Position numbers and translations under genes: made by a program. Below, piece after piece: positions 19,511 through 29,667 of a stretch of DNA of 64,000 nucleotides. The notes beneath the pieces were generated by a model that was not told where the DNA came from, searched no databases, and saw nothing but the letters and a program-made list of their open reading frames with translations. The first letter of the stretch is position 1. Every line of letters begins with the position of its first letter. Location of the stretch: positions 96,001 to 160,000 of the IMG/VR virus record IMGVR_UViG_3300026549_000032. One strand, given 5' to 3'. The DNA is from a virus (taxonomy: Duplodnaviria; Caudoviricetes).

Positions 19511-20128
19511 ATGAAAAACGAAATTAAGAAATTAGGATTATTACTTGGTACATTTGATCCTATACACATAGGACATATTGAATTAGTAACTAGAGTACTT
19601 GGTGAGGGTCTTGTAGACAAAGTTTACATTGTTCCTACCCCAGGTAATCCTTGGAAAGATCACAAACCGGCTTCTTTCGAGTTTAGGTGTTACATGATAA
19701 AACATCTTCTCAAGAAAGAAATAACGGATGCTGGTCTTCAGGATAAGGTGGGGTTTGTAACGGGAGCTTTCTGCGAATACAATCCAGTTGACCTAGCGGA
19801 TCCAGAGGACGGTAAGTATTATTCTTACCTACAACTGGCCAGGGTTAAGGATGAACTTGGACCCACCTACGAGTACTATATTATAGGTGGCACTGATGTT
19901 GCCGAGAGTGTGAAGGGATGGAAGAAGAGTGAAGAAATACTTAAAGAATTCCATCTCTTGGGGATGGACCGTGCTGGATATGTAGATTTTCCTGAGGGAG
20001 GACCATCGATTAAGGTCTCTTCAACGAACATTCGAGAGATGATTGCTCAAGGTAAACCCGCATTCCCATGGCTCATGCCTAGTACAATTGACATAATTCA
20101 CAAATACAGACTATATGAACGAGAGTAA
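19511..20128 (+). CDS. nadD: Nicotinate/nicotinamide mononucleotide adenylyltransferase
   Basis: GTFDPIHIGH (HxGH), NPWK, IIGGTD, SSTNIRE. Confidence 0.92.
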   Translation: MKNEIKKLGLLLGTFDPIHIGHIELVTRVLGEGLVDKVYIVPTPGNPWKDHKPASFEFRCYMIKHLLKKEITDAGLQDKVGFVTGAFCEYNPVDLADPEDGKYYSYLQLARVKDELGPTYEYYIIGGTDVAESVKGWKKSEEILKEFHLLGMDRAGYVDFPEGGPSIKVSSTNIREMIAQGKPAFPWLMPSTIDIIHKYRLYERE

Positions 20129-20861
20129 TTCAAAATTTCAAAAGAATCCTTTCCCGTGGTTAGCCTTAATGACAGTTTGGTCTGTCATGTTAGCTTGTTT
20201 ATGTGGCTACATAGGTGGCTGTACACAAAGGGGAAAGGCTGAGGATCGCCTACATGACGATCGGCTTGAAGCAAAGCTGAAACTACAAGCTGCTTCTGAA
20301 CTTGAGGCTAAATCTGTAATGGAGCTTCAGAAGCTTAGGAAGGAACAGAAGGAGTTTGAAGAGAAACAAGCCAAGTTTAGGGCAGAACAAAACCAGAAAG
20401 CTAACGAGGCAGTAGCTAAGAGAGACTCTTTTATGAAGGCTCAGGCTAAGAACTCACAAGTTCCTGATTCTGCTTCCCCCAGTCCTAGTCGAGTTATCTT
20501 GAAGGGTAATCTATTGAAAGTAAAAGATACAGGGAGATCTATCTTTGACCTTGATGCTGCTAAGAATGATAAGTGGCATAACTGGTTCGCCAGATTCCAC
20601 TATGTCTTAGAGGGAGGTGAATTTAGAACTATCTCTGTATCGGTTGGTGAACTGAGTGTTATCCAATCTGAGGAAAGGATAGCTTCTGTCGAGACTGGTG
20701 GTAGCCCTGATGTAGAGGGTGTACTAAGATCTCTTAACTATGATAGTCCGGGTAAGTATGCGGATAGGAAGAATGGAGATCAGAATAGATCCGCACAGGT
20801 CTATGTACATATTCCCATTGAGGAGTTTAATAAATATGTCGAACTTTATCATAACGATTAG
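20115..20861 (+). CDS. Single-TM membrane protein, paralog array member 1
   Basis: N-terminal TM, coiled coil, C-terminal VHIPIEEFNKYV. Confidence 0.7.
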   Translation: MNESNSKFQKNPFPWLALMTVWSVMLACLCGYIGGCTQRGKAEDRLHDDRLEAKLKLQAASELEAKSVMELQKLRKEQKEFEEKQAKFRAEQNQKANEAVAKRDSFMKAQAKNSQVPDSASPSPSRVILKGNLLKVKDTGRSIFDLDAAKNDKWHNWFARFHYVLEGGEFRTISVSVGELSVIQSEERIASVETGGSPDVEGVLRSLNYDSPGKYADRKNGDQNRSAQVYVHIPIEEFNKYVELYHND

Positions 20862-20864
20862 TGT

Positions 20865-21392
20865 ATGAATACAGGGAAAGATAGAACAGCTGACTTGAAT
20901 GTTGGCTCACGACTACAGGAAGTTGTTATGTTCCTGGCAATAGTAGCATTCTTTTGTGTTGTCTTATACGGAATATATCGTTTGGTAAAGGCAAATGACG
21001 GAGATGGTCAGCCTGCTAAGGTTGAGATAATTCAGCTTGGTACTCCACAGAGAATCGGAGATGGTACATTGAACTTGAGAAGTCTCTTGAGTGATCGAGA
21101 GGTAGCTGTCAAAAACCAGATTACATACTCTATCTGTACGAAGACGGCAGATGGAATTATACACTTCTTGGATATTCGGGCCATTGATGTTAAGTTTATT
21201 GATGCGTCCGGGATTAGATTAGAGGCAGAAGTTAAAGAACCCCTTGGCCTTGATGTTTTTGACTACATTGAAAAGAACATGGGACGTGCTCAATATAGTT
21301 GGGCTAGACCTAATGATAAAGTCAGTGTACGACTGTGTTGCCCAATGGATAGTGTTGAATTTTACTTGAAGAGAGGCAATGGAGCAAAGTAG
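20865..21392 (+). CDS. Single-TM membrane protein, paralog array member 2
   Basis: N-terminal TM, C-terminal VRLCCPMDSVEFYL. Confidence 0.7.
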   Translation: MNTGKDRTADLNVGSRLQEVVMFLAIVAFFCVVLYGIYRLVKANDGDGQPAKVEIIQLGTPQRIGDGTLNLRSLLSDREVAVKNQITYSICTKTADGIIHFLDIRAIDVKFIDASGIRLEAEVKEPLGLDVFDYIEKNMGRAQYSWARPNDKVSVRLCCPMDSVEFYLKRGNGAK

Positions 21393-22032
21393 AGGGAAGA
21401 AAGGACATCCTTTATTGAAGAAAATCCTAACCCCATTCTCTATTGTTTGGGGATGGTGGATGAAGCAAACAAAAGCCTCTAATGGAGTTAACTGGGTTGT
21501 CTTATGTCTTTTCGTGTTTGTAAGTTTCTTAATAATGTTCCTCATTAATCAGTGTACTAGTGAAACTAAGTGGATTGAGGAACATCGTTTACATAAAGTC
21601 GGCGACATAGTTCCGGATCACGGAAATACTAAAGATCTTAATATCAACGGTCTTAACTTTAATGTATCGTCTGATATGAGGACGCTTACTATGAGAGTTC
21701 GACCAGACTCTACTTATCTTAATACTGAATTTATAGCAATTAGCCCGATTAACTTTGTCTATTTCGTAGATTCCCCTAAAGAACATTCGCTCTGGGTTTA
21801 TGTAACAAAAAAGGGAGCCCAAACTCTTTTAGATTGGGATAAAGAGGGTAGTAGTGCTAATTGGCCCGCCGTCATTAATGGTTACGGAAAAGGTGGAGGT
21901 AATGGCCTTTGTAAGGAAGTTTCTTATATTGAAATTCGGATGCCAAAGAAAGACATCCCTAAGTACATAGGAATAATTGATAATGGAACAGAGTCAAAGC
22001 AAGAAGACGCCAAAGTGGAAAATAAAGACTAA
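21379..22032 (+). CDS. Single-TM membrane protein, paralog array member 3
   Basis: TM; WIEEHR; C-terminal IEIRMPKKDIPKYI. Confidence 0.75.
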   Translation: MEQSRGKKGHPLLKKILTPFSIVWGWWMKQTKASNGVNWVVLCLFVFVSFLIMFLINQCTSETKWIEEHRLHKVGDIVPDHGNTKDLNINGLNFNVSSDMRTLTMRVRPDSTYLNTEFIAISPINFVYFVDSPKEHSLWVYVTKKGAQTLLDWDKEGSSANWPAVINGYGKGGGNGLCKEVSYIEIRMPKKDIPKYIGIIDNGTESKQEDAKVENKD

Positions 22033-22606
22033 AGAGATATCTTCTAAGATATTTCGTGGTCTAGGAAGATTTCTTGAATTCTTAATAGATCTTGGTTACG
22101 AGACAGAGGGAGCCAGTTGGCTTGTTATATTCTGTATTGCCGCTGCTTTTGTACTCTTCTCGCCCGTTAAGAGTTGTATAAATAGGAAGAGCGACTGGAT
22201 TGATAAGAATCGTGTTACTAAGTTAGCCGACCTATCACAGCTTCCTTCGACGGTAGTTCCTTGGGACATTGATACCCTAGATGTAGAGAAGGAGGATAAT
22301 CAGGGAATTGTGTTTATTATGAGAGGTTTTACTAATAAGAAGTCTTATAACCTAACTACTTTCAAAGTTCCCTACCCTAAGAGAGTTATCTTTACCAAGA
22401 CTAATTCCTCTACACCGTCGTTGTGGATTCGCTTAACGAGAGACAATGCTGATAATCTTTTCTACAAAAAAGATAAAGGTATTTCTCAGTTTATCGAACA
22501 CATAGAACACTCAGAGGATACTATCGAAATTCAGATTAGGAAGGAAGATATTCCAAAGTATATAATGATAAAACATGGAAACAGGAGCAAGCAAGAAGAC
22601 GTTTAA
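21983..22606 (+). CDS. Single-TM membrane protein, paralog array member 4
   Basis: TM; WIDKNR; C-terminal IEIQIRKEDIPKYIMIK. Confidence 0.75.
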   Translation: MEQSQSKKTPKWKIKTKEISSKIFRGLGRFLEFLIDLGYETEGASWLVIFCIAAAFVLFSPVKSCINRKSDWIDKNRVTKLADLSQLPSTVVPWDIDTLDVEKEDNQGIVFIMRGFTNKKSYNLTTFKVPYPKRVIFTKTNSSTPSLWIRLTRDNADNLFYKKDKGISQFIEHIEHSEDTIEIQIRKEDIPKYIMIKHGNRSKQEDV

Positions 22607-23207
22607 ACAAAGAATAGCCTGGCTTGGGGATGTAATCAGTAATATATTCAAGTCTGCTAGGTCTCTAATAAAAACTCTAATATCTATCGCCATCGTTGGT
22701 GCAATCCTATTCTTTGGTGGTAGATGGGGTTGGAGTACTTGGAAAGAGTGGAGAGAATCATCTGCTAAGGAAGATGCTTGGGTTCTTAAGAATCATGTCT
22801 TTGAGGTTGGTGAACTCATGGTCCTAGGAGAAGATGAACTGGGAACGTCGTTTGATCAGATTATCAAAGATATAGAAACAGCCCCGGCTGATTTTGTGGC
22901 GGTTATGACAGTTCGATCAAAGAAGGAAGGTCATATCACAAGAATTATTATACCTCTAGATCACCTTTACTTAGGACAACAGCCCCAGGGGAAGATCGCT
23001 CCGGTCATAAAACTTAAGAGCACCCATTATGCAGAGGCCCTATATGAAGGGAACCTAGAGAAAAGTAACTTGATAGAATATGTCAAATCTCATTTTGCTG
23101 AGAAAGGCTCGAACAGTTTTGCGGATGGAGGTAAGAACGATATCTTATATGTTTATATAGATCGTGAATTATGTCAATCATATATTATGATTAAGAAGAG
23201 AGATTAG
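22575..23207 (+). CDS. Single-TM membrane protein, paralog array member 5
   Basis: TM; WVLKNH; C-terminal VYIDRELCQSYIMIK. Confidence 0.75.
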   Translation: METGASKKTFKQRIAWLGDVISNIFKSARSLIKTLISIAIVGAILFFGGRWGWSTWKEWRESSAKEDAWVLKNHVFEVGELMVLGEDELGTSFDQIIKDIETAPADFVAVMTVRSKKEGHITRIIIPLDHLYLGQQPQGKIAPVIKLKSTHYAEALYEGNLEKSNLIEYVKSHFAEKGSNSFADGGKNDILYVYIDRELCQSYIMIKKRD

Positions 23208-23302
23208 TGTCTCTCTTTCTTTTTCTCCCGTGATGCAGAGTCCGCTTGAAAATAAAAGGCCTCGACTTTAGTCTTAGCCTTCTTTTTATATAGAATCGGT
23301 AC

Positions 23303-24694
23303 CTAGTATAAAAGTTCTCCTCTATACATTCCACCATTTTTCTGAACACCACTTATAATAAAGCGACGTTCAACCTCACCATATCTGCTATAGAGCCAGC
23401 CATCTTTATCTTCTTTGTAGATTTCTCCAAAGTTTTCGGTTCTGGTTCCTACATGCAGGCGAGTTCCCTTCACACGAATTGTATCTGTGTAAAGACTGAA
23501 CTTGTTTGCCAGGTAGTCATCAACCCAATGGCTTGGTTCTTCAACGGTCTGGTTCTTTTCCTCCTCGACCTCTGGATTAACTTCTTCCTCTTTACAAGGA
23601 TCTTCCTTGATCTTAAGTCCTTTTCCAGCACTGATAGAGTTCAAGACTTTTCCGACTACAGCATTCAACTTACCTTTCTTAACGGGAGTTGGGTGAATGC
23701 ATTCGTCCTCTTCTTCATTCTCATGATACCAGTCATAGTCTGGATCAGTTCGACGATCCCACTTACTGTAGAGCCATGAGGAGAGTTTGTCTTTTCGTCC
23801 ATACTTCTTGATGTAGACTTTGGCTTCATTGAATCTCTTCTCAAAGTCGTCCACATCATCACGCCCATCAACATAGTCCATATACAGGACACTAACGTAA
23901 TTTGTACGAACCTGTATGTTCAGGCAGTTGTCGTCCTCAATCTGACCATGGATGTTGGCCTCATCAACAATAGACTTGAGAGTATCGATGGTACTAACCT
24001 CCAAGGAGTTGACAAGCTCCATAACGTCGGCACGGGCCTCTTTAACTTCAAGGTTCTCATCAACATACTGGTTGATAGCCTTGGCAGAGATGTTACTGAA
24101 TGTCTTGATGTACTTGATACGGCCAGGTCGACCAACCAAGTTTTCATTAATATTCAGTGTGTTCGTTGTCAGGATATAGAGCTTTCTGCTCTTGTTCATG
24201 ACACCATCAATCATCTTAAGAAGTGCTTGGCTTGCATTGGGGTCATCATTCCGGAAAACTTTCTCAGCCTCATCCAGGAAGATAATACACTCAAACTCCA
24301 GCATCTGCACAAACTCAATCATACCAGGGATAAACTGGTTGATGATAATGACGGGGATATTGATTTCATTACAAAGAATCTTGGCAGAGATGGTCTTTCC
24401 CGTGCCCTTGATTCCATTAAAGATTATACCCAGATTCTGGTTACGTGAAATTACATACTCACTATTCCAGGTCTTCTTTATTTTCTCAATGAATTCGTCA
24501 ATTCCCAAGTCATATACTTTGAATGGGAATTCGAACTTCTCTGCAACCTTCTGGAGGCCAAGTCGTTGACTCATCGGGTTTGGGTCTTGAACCAGGTTAA
24601 ATATGCCTGGTCCTGGGGAAGGATAGACTTTAAAGTCAGCCGAGATTGGAAAGAATATACCATGCTCGGGGATCCACTTGATTTGATTACTCAT
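23303..24694 (-). CDS. AAA+ ATPase
   Basis: GIKGTGKT Walker A, IFLDEAEK Walker B, LTTN, GRPGRI. Confidence 0.9.
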   Translation of the reverse strand: MSNQIKWIPEHGIFFPISADFKVYPSPGPGIFNLVQDPNPMSQRLGLQKVAEKFEFPFKVYDLGIDEFIEKIKKTWNSEYVISRNQNLGIIFNGIKGTGKTISAKILCNEINIPVIIINQFIPGMIEFVQMLEFECIIFLDEAEKVFRNDDPNASQALLKMIDGVMNKSRKLYILTTNTLNINENLVGRPGRIKYIKTFSNISAKAINQYVDENLEVKEARADVMELVNSLEVSTIDTLKSIVDEANIHGQIEDDNCLNIQVRTNYVSVLYMDYVDGRDDVDDFEKRFNEAKVYIKKYGRKDKLSSWLYSKWDRRTDPDYDWYHENEEEDECIHPTPVKKGKLNAVVGKVLNSISAGKGLKIKEDPCKEEEVNPEVEEEKNQTVEEPSHWVDDYLANKFSLYTDTIRVKGTRLHVGTRTENFGEIYKEDKDGWLYSRYGEVERRFIISGVQKNGGMYRGELLY

Positions 24695-25562
24695 ATTCGT
24701 ATTTACCAGCTAATAAATTGTACATATCAATATAGTCAATTCCACAAGCATGGGCAGCATCAGCATCTTTACTACTGAGACCCCATCTACCGGAATTGAT
24801 TCCTATGTAGACCATATCTTCTTTATTCCTCCAATCACGAACCGCCCCATAGACAATTCTCTCTTTTGGAGAACCTTCCACCTGCTGTTTCAGAATAAAC
24901 ACAGAGTCTTTCCGAATTCTCAGATACGTGCTCACACAAACTTTGATATATTCCAAGGTTAGGTTTGCTACCCCAGGATTACCAAAGGCTGGAACAATAT
25001 CATTAGCCGGGAAGATCACATATAGTCTAGTGGGATTGAAACTAGCTATCTTATCCCATACGTCGAACTTTGGCTTCAGATCAAAGAGAGCTCTTGGCAT
25101 AATGTTTGGTCTGCCATTACTCTCCCATGATTCATACAGGCAGTCTAGGACGTCACAAATGACTACTTTCTTTCTGTTTCCCAGACCTCCGGTCGGTGTA
25201 ACTTTAGGTTCTTCTTTCTTTGGTTGATTGAAAGAACTACTACCACCCCAGCTACTGCCTGCTGACCATCCTCCGCTACCTCCCCAGGAGGGAGTTGTAT
25301 CTTTCTTTTCCCATGGGGCTCCTCCACTTCTGGCGGAACCGAATGGGCTATTTCCGTTGTCGAAGGGAGTATTGTTGCTCATAGGCACCCAATGCCTCCT
25401 TTCTTCGAACTCGCTGTCGAGTCTACTATTGAGTTCTTCTTGTTCATCAAGTAGTTTTTCTATTTTAATATCGTCCTCGTCTATCATCTCCTCCAGGGGA
25501 TCGTCTTCTTCCCTGGGGTGATCTGTATAGTCGGGTGGAATATATTGTCTGTTATCGCTCAT
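24687..25562 (-). CDS. Degenerate HAD / polynucleotide 3'-phosphatase-like protein with low-complexity N-terminus
   Basis: VICDVLDCLY; MVYIG...SSKDADAAHACGIDYID; acidic and G/S/W-rich N-terminal region. Confidence 0.55.
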   Translation of the reverse strand: MSDNRQYIPPDYTDHPREEDDPLEEMIDEDDIKIEKLLDEQEELNSRLDSEFEERRHWVPMSNNTPFDNGNSPFGSARSGGAPWEKKDTTPSWGGSGGWSAGSSWGGSSSFNQPKKEEPKVTPTGGLGNRKKVVICDVLDCLYESWESNGRPNIMPRALFDLKPKFDVWDKIASFNPTRLYVIFPANDIVPAFGNPGVANLTLEYIKVCVSTYLRIRKDSVFILKQQVEGSPKERIVYGAVRDWRNKEDMVYIGINSGRWGLSSKDADAAHACGIDYIDMYNLLAGKYEYE

Positions 25563-26116
25563 GGAGCACAGGTATTACCAACGCTGTTACAATCCTCTTC
25601 CTTGTCGCATTCTTTCTGCTCTTCAGCTTCATGCTTAGCAGCAAGTTCAGCTTCTATGTTGGGATTGTAGTGGCAGCTCTTCAGGAGACTATGCAACATA
25701 CATGATCCGTTGCTAGGTGAACATGCAGAGTGGCAGTCGTTATACAAGCCACATACGCCATCACATACGGCATCAATCACATTGGTCATTCGAACATAAC
25801 CATTCTCCTTGATGATGTTCTGATATACATCTTCATATTCGGGGAAAACCTGTTCGATAGTTCCCTCAACCGGGACATAATCTTTGTAATCCTTGTTTTC
25901 TTCATCGTCTATGATTCCGAGGTTACCGCAGAAATCCAGGAATGTTTTGTCTGGGTTTTCAGGGTCTCTAGGATCACGGAGAGATCCACAGATCTTAGGC
26001 CCGTAAGGACATACACTGAGACATGAAATCTCGTTGTGGTTGTCTAAGACGGGTCTGAATACTAGGTAGCGATCACCATTACTAGTAACCACTTTGATTC
26101 TTTTAATTTTTTCCAT
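25559..26116 (-). CDS. Cys-rich hypothetical protein
   Basis: 185 aa, multiple Cys clusters; CCTTATT upstream. Confidence 0.65.
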   Translation of the reverse strand: MEKIKRIKVVTSNGDRYLVFRPVLDNHNEISCLSVCPYGPKICGSLRDPRDPENPDKTFLDFCGNLGIIDDEENKDYKDYVPVEGTIEQVFPEYEDVYQNIIKENGYVRMTNVIDAVCDGVCGLYNDCHSACSPSNGSCMLHSLLKSCHYNPNIEAELAAKHEAEEQKECDKEEDCNSVGNTCAP

Positions 26117-26328
26117 ATTCTATATTAAAATGTTATTTGTCTTTAATAAGGTTAAGAAGTCCCAGGCCAATTTCTCAGCCCAGGACTATTAAGTATTAAT
26201 GTTCGTTATTCTCAGATAGCCACCTCTCTAGTCTCCCTTTATCGGCGGGAACGACATGGTTTTTAATGCTATCTATCTGAATACTAAACATCATCTGTAT
26301 CTGCTTCTTGGTGTACGTGGCACCGTTA

Positions 26329-26580
26329 TCAAGTGTTATTGTTACTGGCATATTTTTCCTTGTATTTTTTATCACTGATTATTGTTAAGGTTCCGTCCAC
26401 TGGATCTTTCATGATCCAATCTCCTTCCACAAGTCTCTTACCCTCTATGGTACAATGAAACTTATGATAGGGCATTCGAGAAGCACATGTGAAGTTACCT
26501 GCACGATTTTCTGTGTATAAAATAACTTCAGCTATGTTCTCTCTCGTAAATTGGATTGCGGTTGGCTCAGATTCTAACAT
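26329..26580 (-). CDS. Small hypothetical phage protein
   Basis: AIQFT...GDWIMK pattern. Confidence 0.6.
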   Translation of the reverse strand: MLESEPTAIQFTRENIAEVILYTENRAGNFTCASRMPYHKFHCTIEGKRLVEGDWIMKDPVDGTLTIISDKKYKEKYASNNNT

Positions 26581-28123
26581 TGATCTCTTTGAATCTCCAG
26601 GAAATCTCTACACCTTTCAGGGTAAGACCACTGAGTTCTACCTTCTTCGTAGTCTGACCAGCTGATGGACGATACTTGTCTGCGAACTTGGCCGTCTTGC
26701 TGGCGATCAGCTTGAAGGTATTCTCACGGATGATGCTCTGAGAGTTCTTCTCAATGGCTTCCCAATAGGACTTATTCTTGCTAGTCCGCTTGATATATCC
26801 AAGGATCCTAATCAGGTTCTCTGCTTTGATACCACCACGACTGATCTGTCCATGCTCAACATAGTCAGTCAAGGCATTGGTGATAGCTGTCGAGTCTGAG
26901 AAGAGGCCCTTCATAGTGGACTGTAGTTCAACAGTCTTATAGGAACCATGACTCTGAACGAGAATCTCTCGTGTGGGATAGTAATGGTCTCCGTAGATAC
27001 CAATTCCCCGGAGGAACTGTTCTGCGCTGCTAACCTGAGTACGATGCTGACGGTTCTGAGAGTTTTGCTCAGCGGCCTTATTCTCCATCATTGTCAGGTA
27101 TTCCTGAGCAACCTTGGCGATATACAGTCTTGCCTCAGCGTCAGCCAATACATAGGACGGCATGGCCTTTACGTTGTTCCTACATACGATAGGAATCTTC
27201 TTGAGGTTGACCAGGTAGAGATTGTCGTAAGCTTCGTTCATCTCTATGCAACCTACTGCTCTCAATCGACGGGCAAGGTTGCTACTTACCTTCACTCCAA
27301 GGAGAGGCATGTTGAGACGACCATCACGAATTATGTTTATGGTTTTTAAGCAGGTCAATCCTTCACGACGACCAGGCTCTACACCAAATTCATTCTCGGG
27401 AACGTCCACACTAACAAGAGCTTTATACTGCAGGCTCAGGTTAGCACGAGTCTTATTACCAACGATTGCCGTCACGGGGACGAGCTGATTCATGATATAT
27501 TCGACACCTTCCGGCTTACGAGTTGATGAGGCCGTGATTCTTTCGTATCTACCAACCAGTTCTGGGTCAATCAAGATCTTAGCGCCATCCTCCACTAGGT
27601 CGTTCACCAGCTCAAAGACACTATATCTACGACCCTTTTTGTAGAGTCTTGGACAGGTCATGATATCGAAGTCTTGGTTGATGGTTGGTCTCCAGTTAGC
27701 GCTTTCATACATCTCTCCTGCCATGTTCTCCAGAGCATTAAGTCCGGATTCACCGTAGACGGAGTAGAATTGATCGATGAGTTTAGAATCACGTGTGCTC
27801 AGAACCAGGTCTTCAATAGTATCCATGTAGACTTTTGGGGTACCAATAATCATTACCAGGATTTCACGAAGGTCATTGATCTCATATGTCTGGAGAGGAT
27901 TCTTGGTAGTAGTCTTGAGGATCACGTAGGCGTGAGTTCCTTGTACCTCTACCTCGTTCAGGCCATAGGTTTGGTAACACCTGATGGAGTTTGATACAAC
28001 ATCGAGAGTCACTATAAATTGTGCTCTCTGTTGGGATTTATTCGTTAAACGAACTTTCCCGTTTTCAATCGTTTGTGGGGTAATCTTAATTCTTGCTCCA
28101 CTAATTAATACTTCGTTGTTCAT
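26567..28123 (-). CDS. Hypothetical protein (518 aa)
   Basis: Long ORF with own promoter motif. Confidence 0.75.
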   Translation of the reverse strand: MNNEVLISGARIKITPQTIENGKVRLTNKSQQRAQFIVTLDVVSNSIRCYQTYGLNEVEVQGTHAYVILKTTTKNPLQTYEINDLREILVMIIGTPKVYMDTIEDLVLSTRDSKLIDQFYSVYGESGLNALENMAGEMYESANWRPTINQDFDIMTCPRLYKKGRRYSVFELVNDLVEDGAKILIDPELVGRYERITASSTRKPEGVEYIMNQLVPVTAIVGNKTRANLSLQYKALVSVDVPENEFGVEPGRREGLTCLKTINIIRDGRLNMPLLGVKVSSNLARRLRAVGCIEMNEAYDNLYLVNLKKIPIVCRNNVKAMPSYVLADAEARLYIAKVAQEYLTMMENKAAEQNSQNRQHRTQVSSAEQFLRGIGIYGDHYYPTREILVQSHGSYKTVELQSTMKGLFSDSTAITNALTDYVEHGQISRGGIKAENLIRILGYIKRTSKNKSYWEAIEKNSQSIIRENTFKLIASKTAKFADKYRPSAGQTTKKVELSGLTLKGVEISWRFKEINVRI

Positions 28124-28198
28124 ACCTTTTTTTTTGTAGTTTATGTATGTTTTGTATTCACATATAAGAATTTAACCATTAATATCCTTATTAGTGAT

Positions 28199-28840
28199 AT
28201 GAAAAATAAAATCGGTAAATGGAATGAAGTAACTTACGAAACAATGACAGACATTTTTCGTAGATTCTTGGAGATGGAGGACTGGACCAAGGACATGGTT
28301 CTGGAGATTCAGGATCCTATTGCCATAGCGGCTGGGGACCATGAACGACGCATGTATCTTGGGAATAGAATAGGTATCGATGGCTGGGAGAAATATGACG
28401 AGCCTTATCTCGATTGCATAAAAGCAGTTACGGAGGTTAAAGGCGTCGACAGCTCAATCATGTTTGACAAAGATTATATAATCTTGTGCATGCTTGAGAA
28501 CAAGAACCCAACAATAGTGCCTATCTTTACAGTTGATGAGAAGATGAGCAGAGCACTACTAACAGCTTTCTTTGGAGATCCGTCTATTGATGGTAGCTCC
28601 TTTGCAGACCTTATCGACACAAGTTCTCCTAAGTGGTATACAATCGGAGAAGATGGCAAGAGGTATGTTCACCTTGGGCCAGAAGCTTATAAAGAGTTTC
28701 CGATAGAAAAAAAGTTTATTAGGATAAGAACCCTAGACTATGAAACCTGGAAAAAAGATATTACTGGATTCCTAGAGGACGACCAACCTCTTCAGTATAC
28801 TGACTTAGACCTACAAGAAATAACCCTCCTTAACCCATAG
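28199..28840 (+). CDS. Hypothetical protein
   Basis: 213 aa; CCTTATT at 28186-28192; terminator downstream. Confidence 0.7.
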   Translation: MKNKIGKWNEVTYETMTDIFRRFLEMEDWTKDMVLEIQDPIAIAAGDHERRMYLGNRIGIDGWEKYDEPYLDCIKAVTEVKGVDSSIMFDKDYIILCMLENKNPTIVPIFTVDEKMSRALLTAFFGDPSIDGSSFADLIDTSSPKWYTIGEDGKRYVHLGPEAYKEFPIEKKFIRIRTLDYETWKKDITGFLEDDQPLQYTDLDLQEITLLNP

Positions 28841-28917
28841 GGAGGGATTTTTATTTTTTGCGTTCGGAGAGACATGAAAGCCCTATAAGTGTATAACAAA
28901 TAACAAAGAATTTAACA

Positions 28918-29667
28918 ATGAATAAAGATGCAGTTTATGTGGTAAAACAACCAATACACTCAATTGTATCAATTGTTGTTGTAGACGAGGCAAAAACACC
29001 ACTTCATCCATCAGCTCATGCAAACCTAGATCAGCTTGTGGATATGACAGATGTGATTTTTGTTTTCTCAGACAGATTCTCAGTAAGCGGTTTTATGCCT
29101 GACAAGTTTACTAACTTGTATAGAGGCTGTGCGTACATTCATGGAAGTGGGAATGTCCTAGGACGACCTATCTTCCAGGCTATGTTGTATGCACAGGAAA
29201 TCTTTAGACGTCATGCTTCCTATGTGGTGACAGACCTAGAGAGACTTGGGAAGATAAGATTCCAAAATAAAGAGCTCTTACAAACTCTAACTGCCAGTGC
29301 CATCGTAAAGCCAATCCTAAGAATCAAGAGACTCAGTCCAGAGGAACTCTACTCGATATATCTCCCGGAGAAGGAGGAAGAGGAGGAGAAGACCCCATGG
29401 TGGAAGTTCTGGGAAACTGAACCTACAACAACTCAAGGGGAAGATAGAATCAATAGTAGATACTGTTCTGATTCTAATCTGATGTTCTTTAAACAGACGT
29501 TAGTGAAGATCTTCCTGAAGAATTATGAAGATAAGAAATTTATGAAATATATAAATACATTCTCAGAGGATGACCCAAGTTATCTATTTGCCTCGTATAT
29601 CAGGGAGCTAGGCATAGATAATATTGATTCCTCCCCAGAGGAGCTAACTAACATTGGAGAACTATGA
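28918..29667 (+). CDS. Hypothetical protein
   Basis: 249 aa. Confidence 0.7.
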   Translation: MNKDAVYVVKQPIHSIVSIVVVDEAKTPLHPSAHANLDQLVDMTDVIFVFSDRFSVSGFMPDKFTNLYRGCAYIHGSGNVLGRPIFQAMLYAQEIFRRHASYVVTDLERLGKIRFQNKELLQTLTASAIVKPILRIKRLSPEELYSIYLPEKEEEEEKTPWWKFWETEPTTTQGEDRINSRYCSDSNLMFFKQTLVKIFLKNYEDKKFMKYINTFSEDDPSYLFASYIRELGIDNIDSSPEELTNIGEL

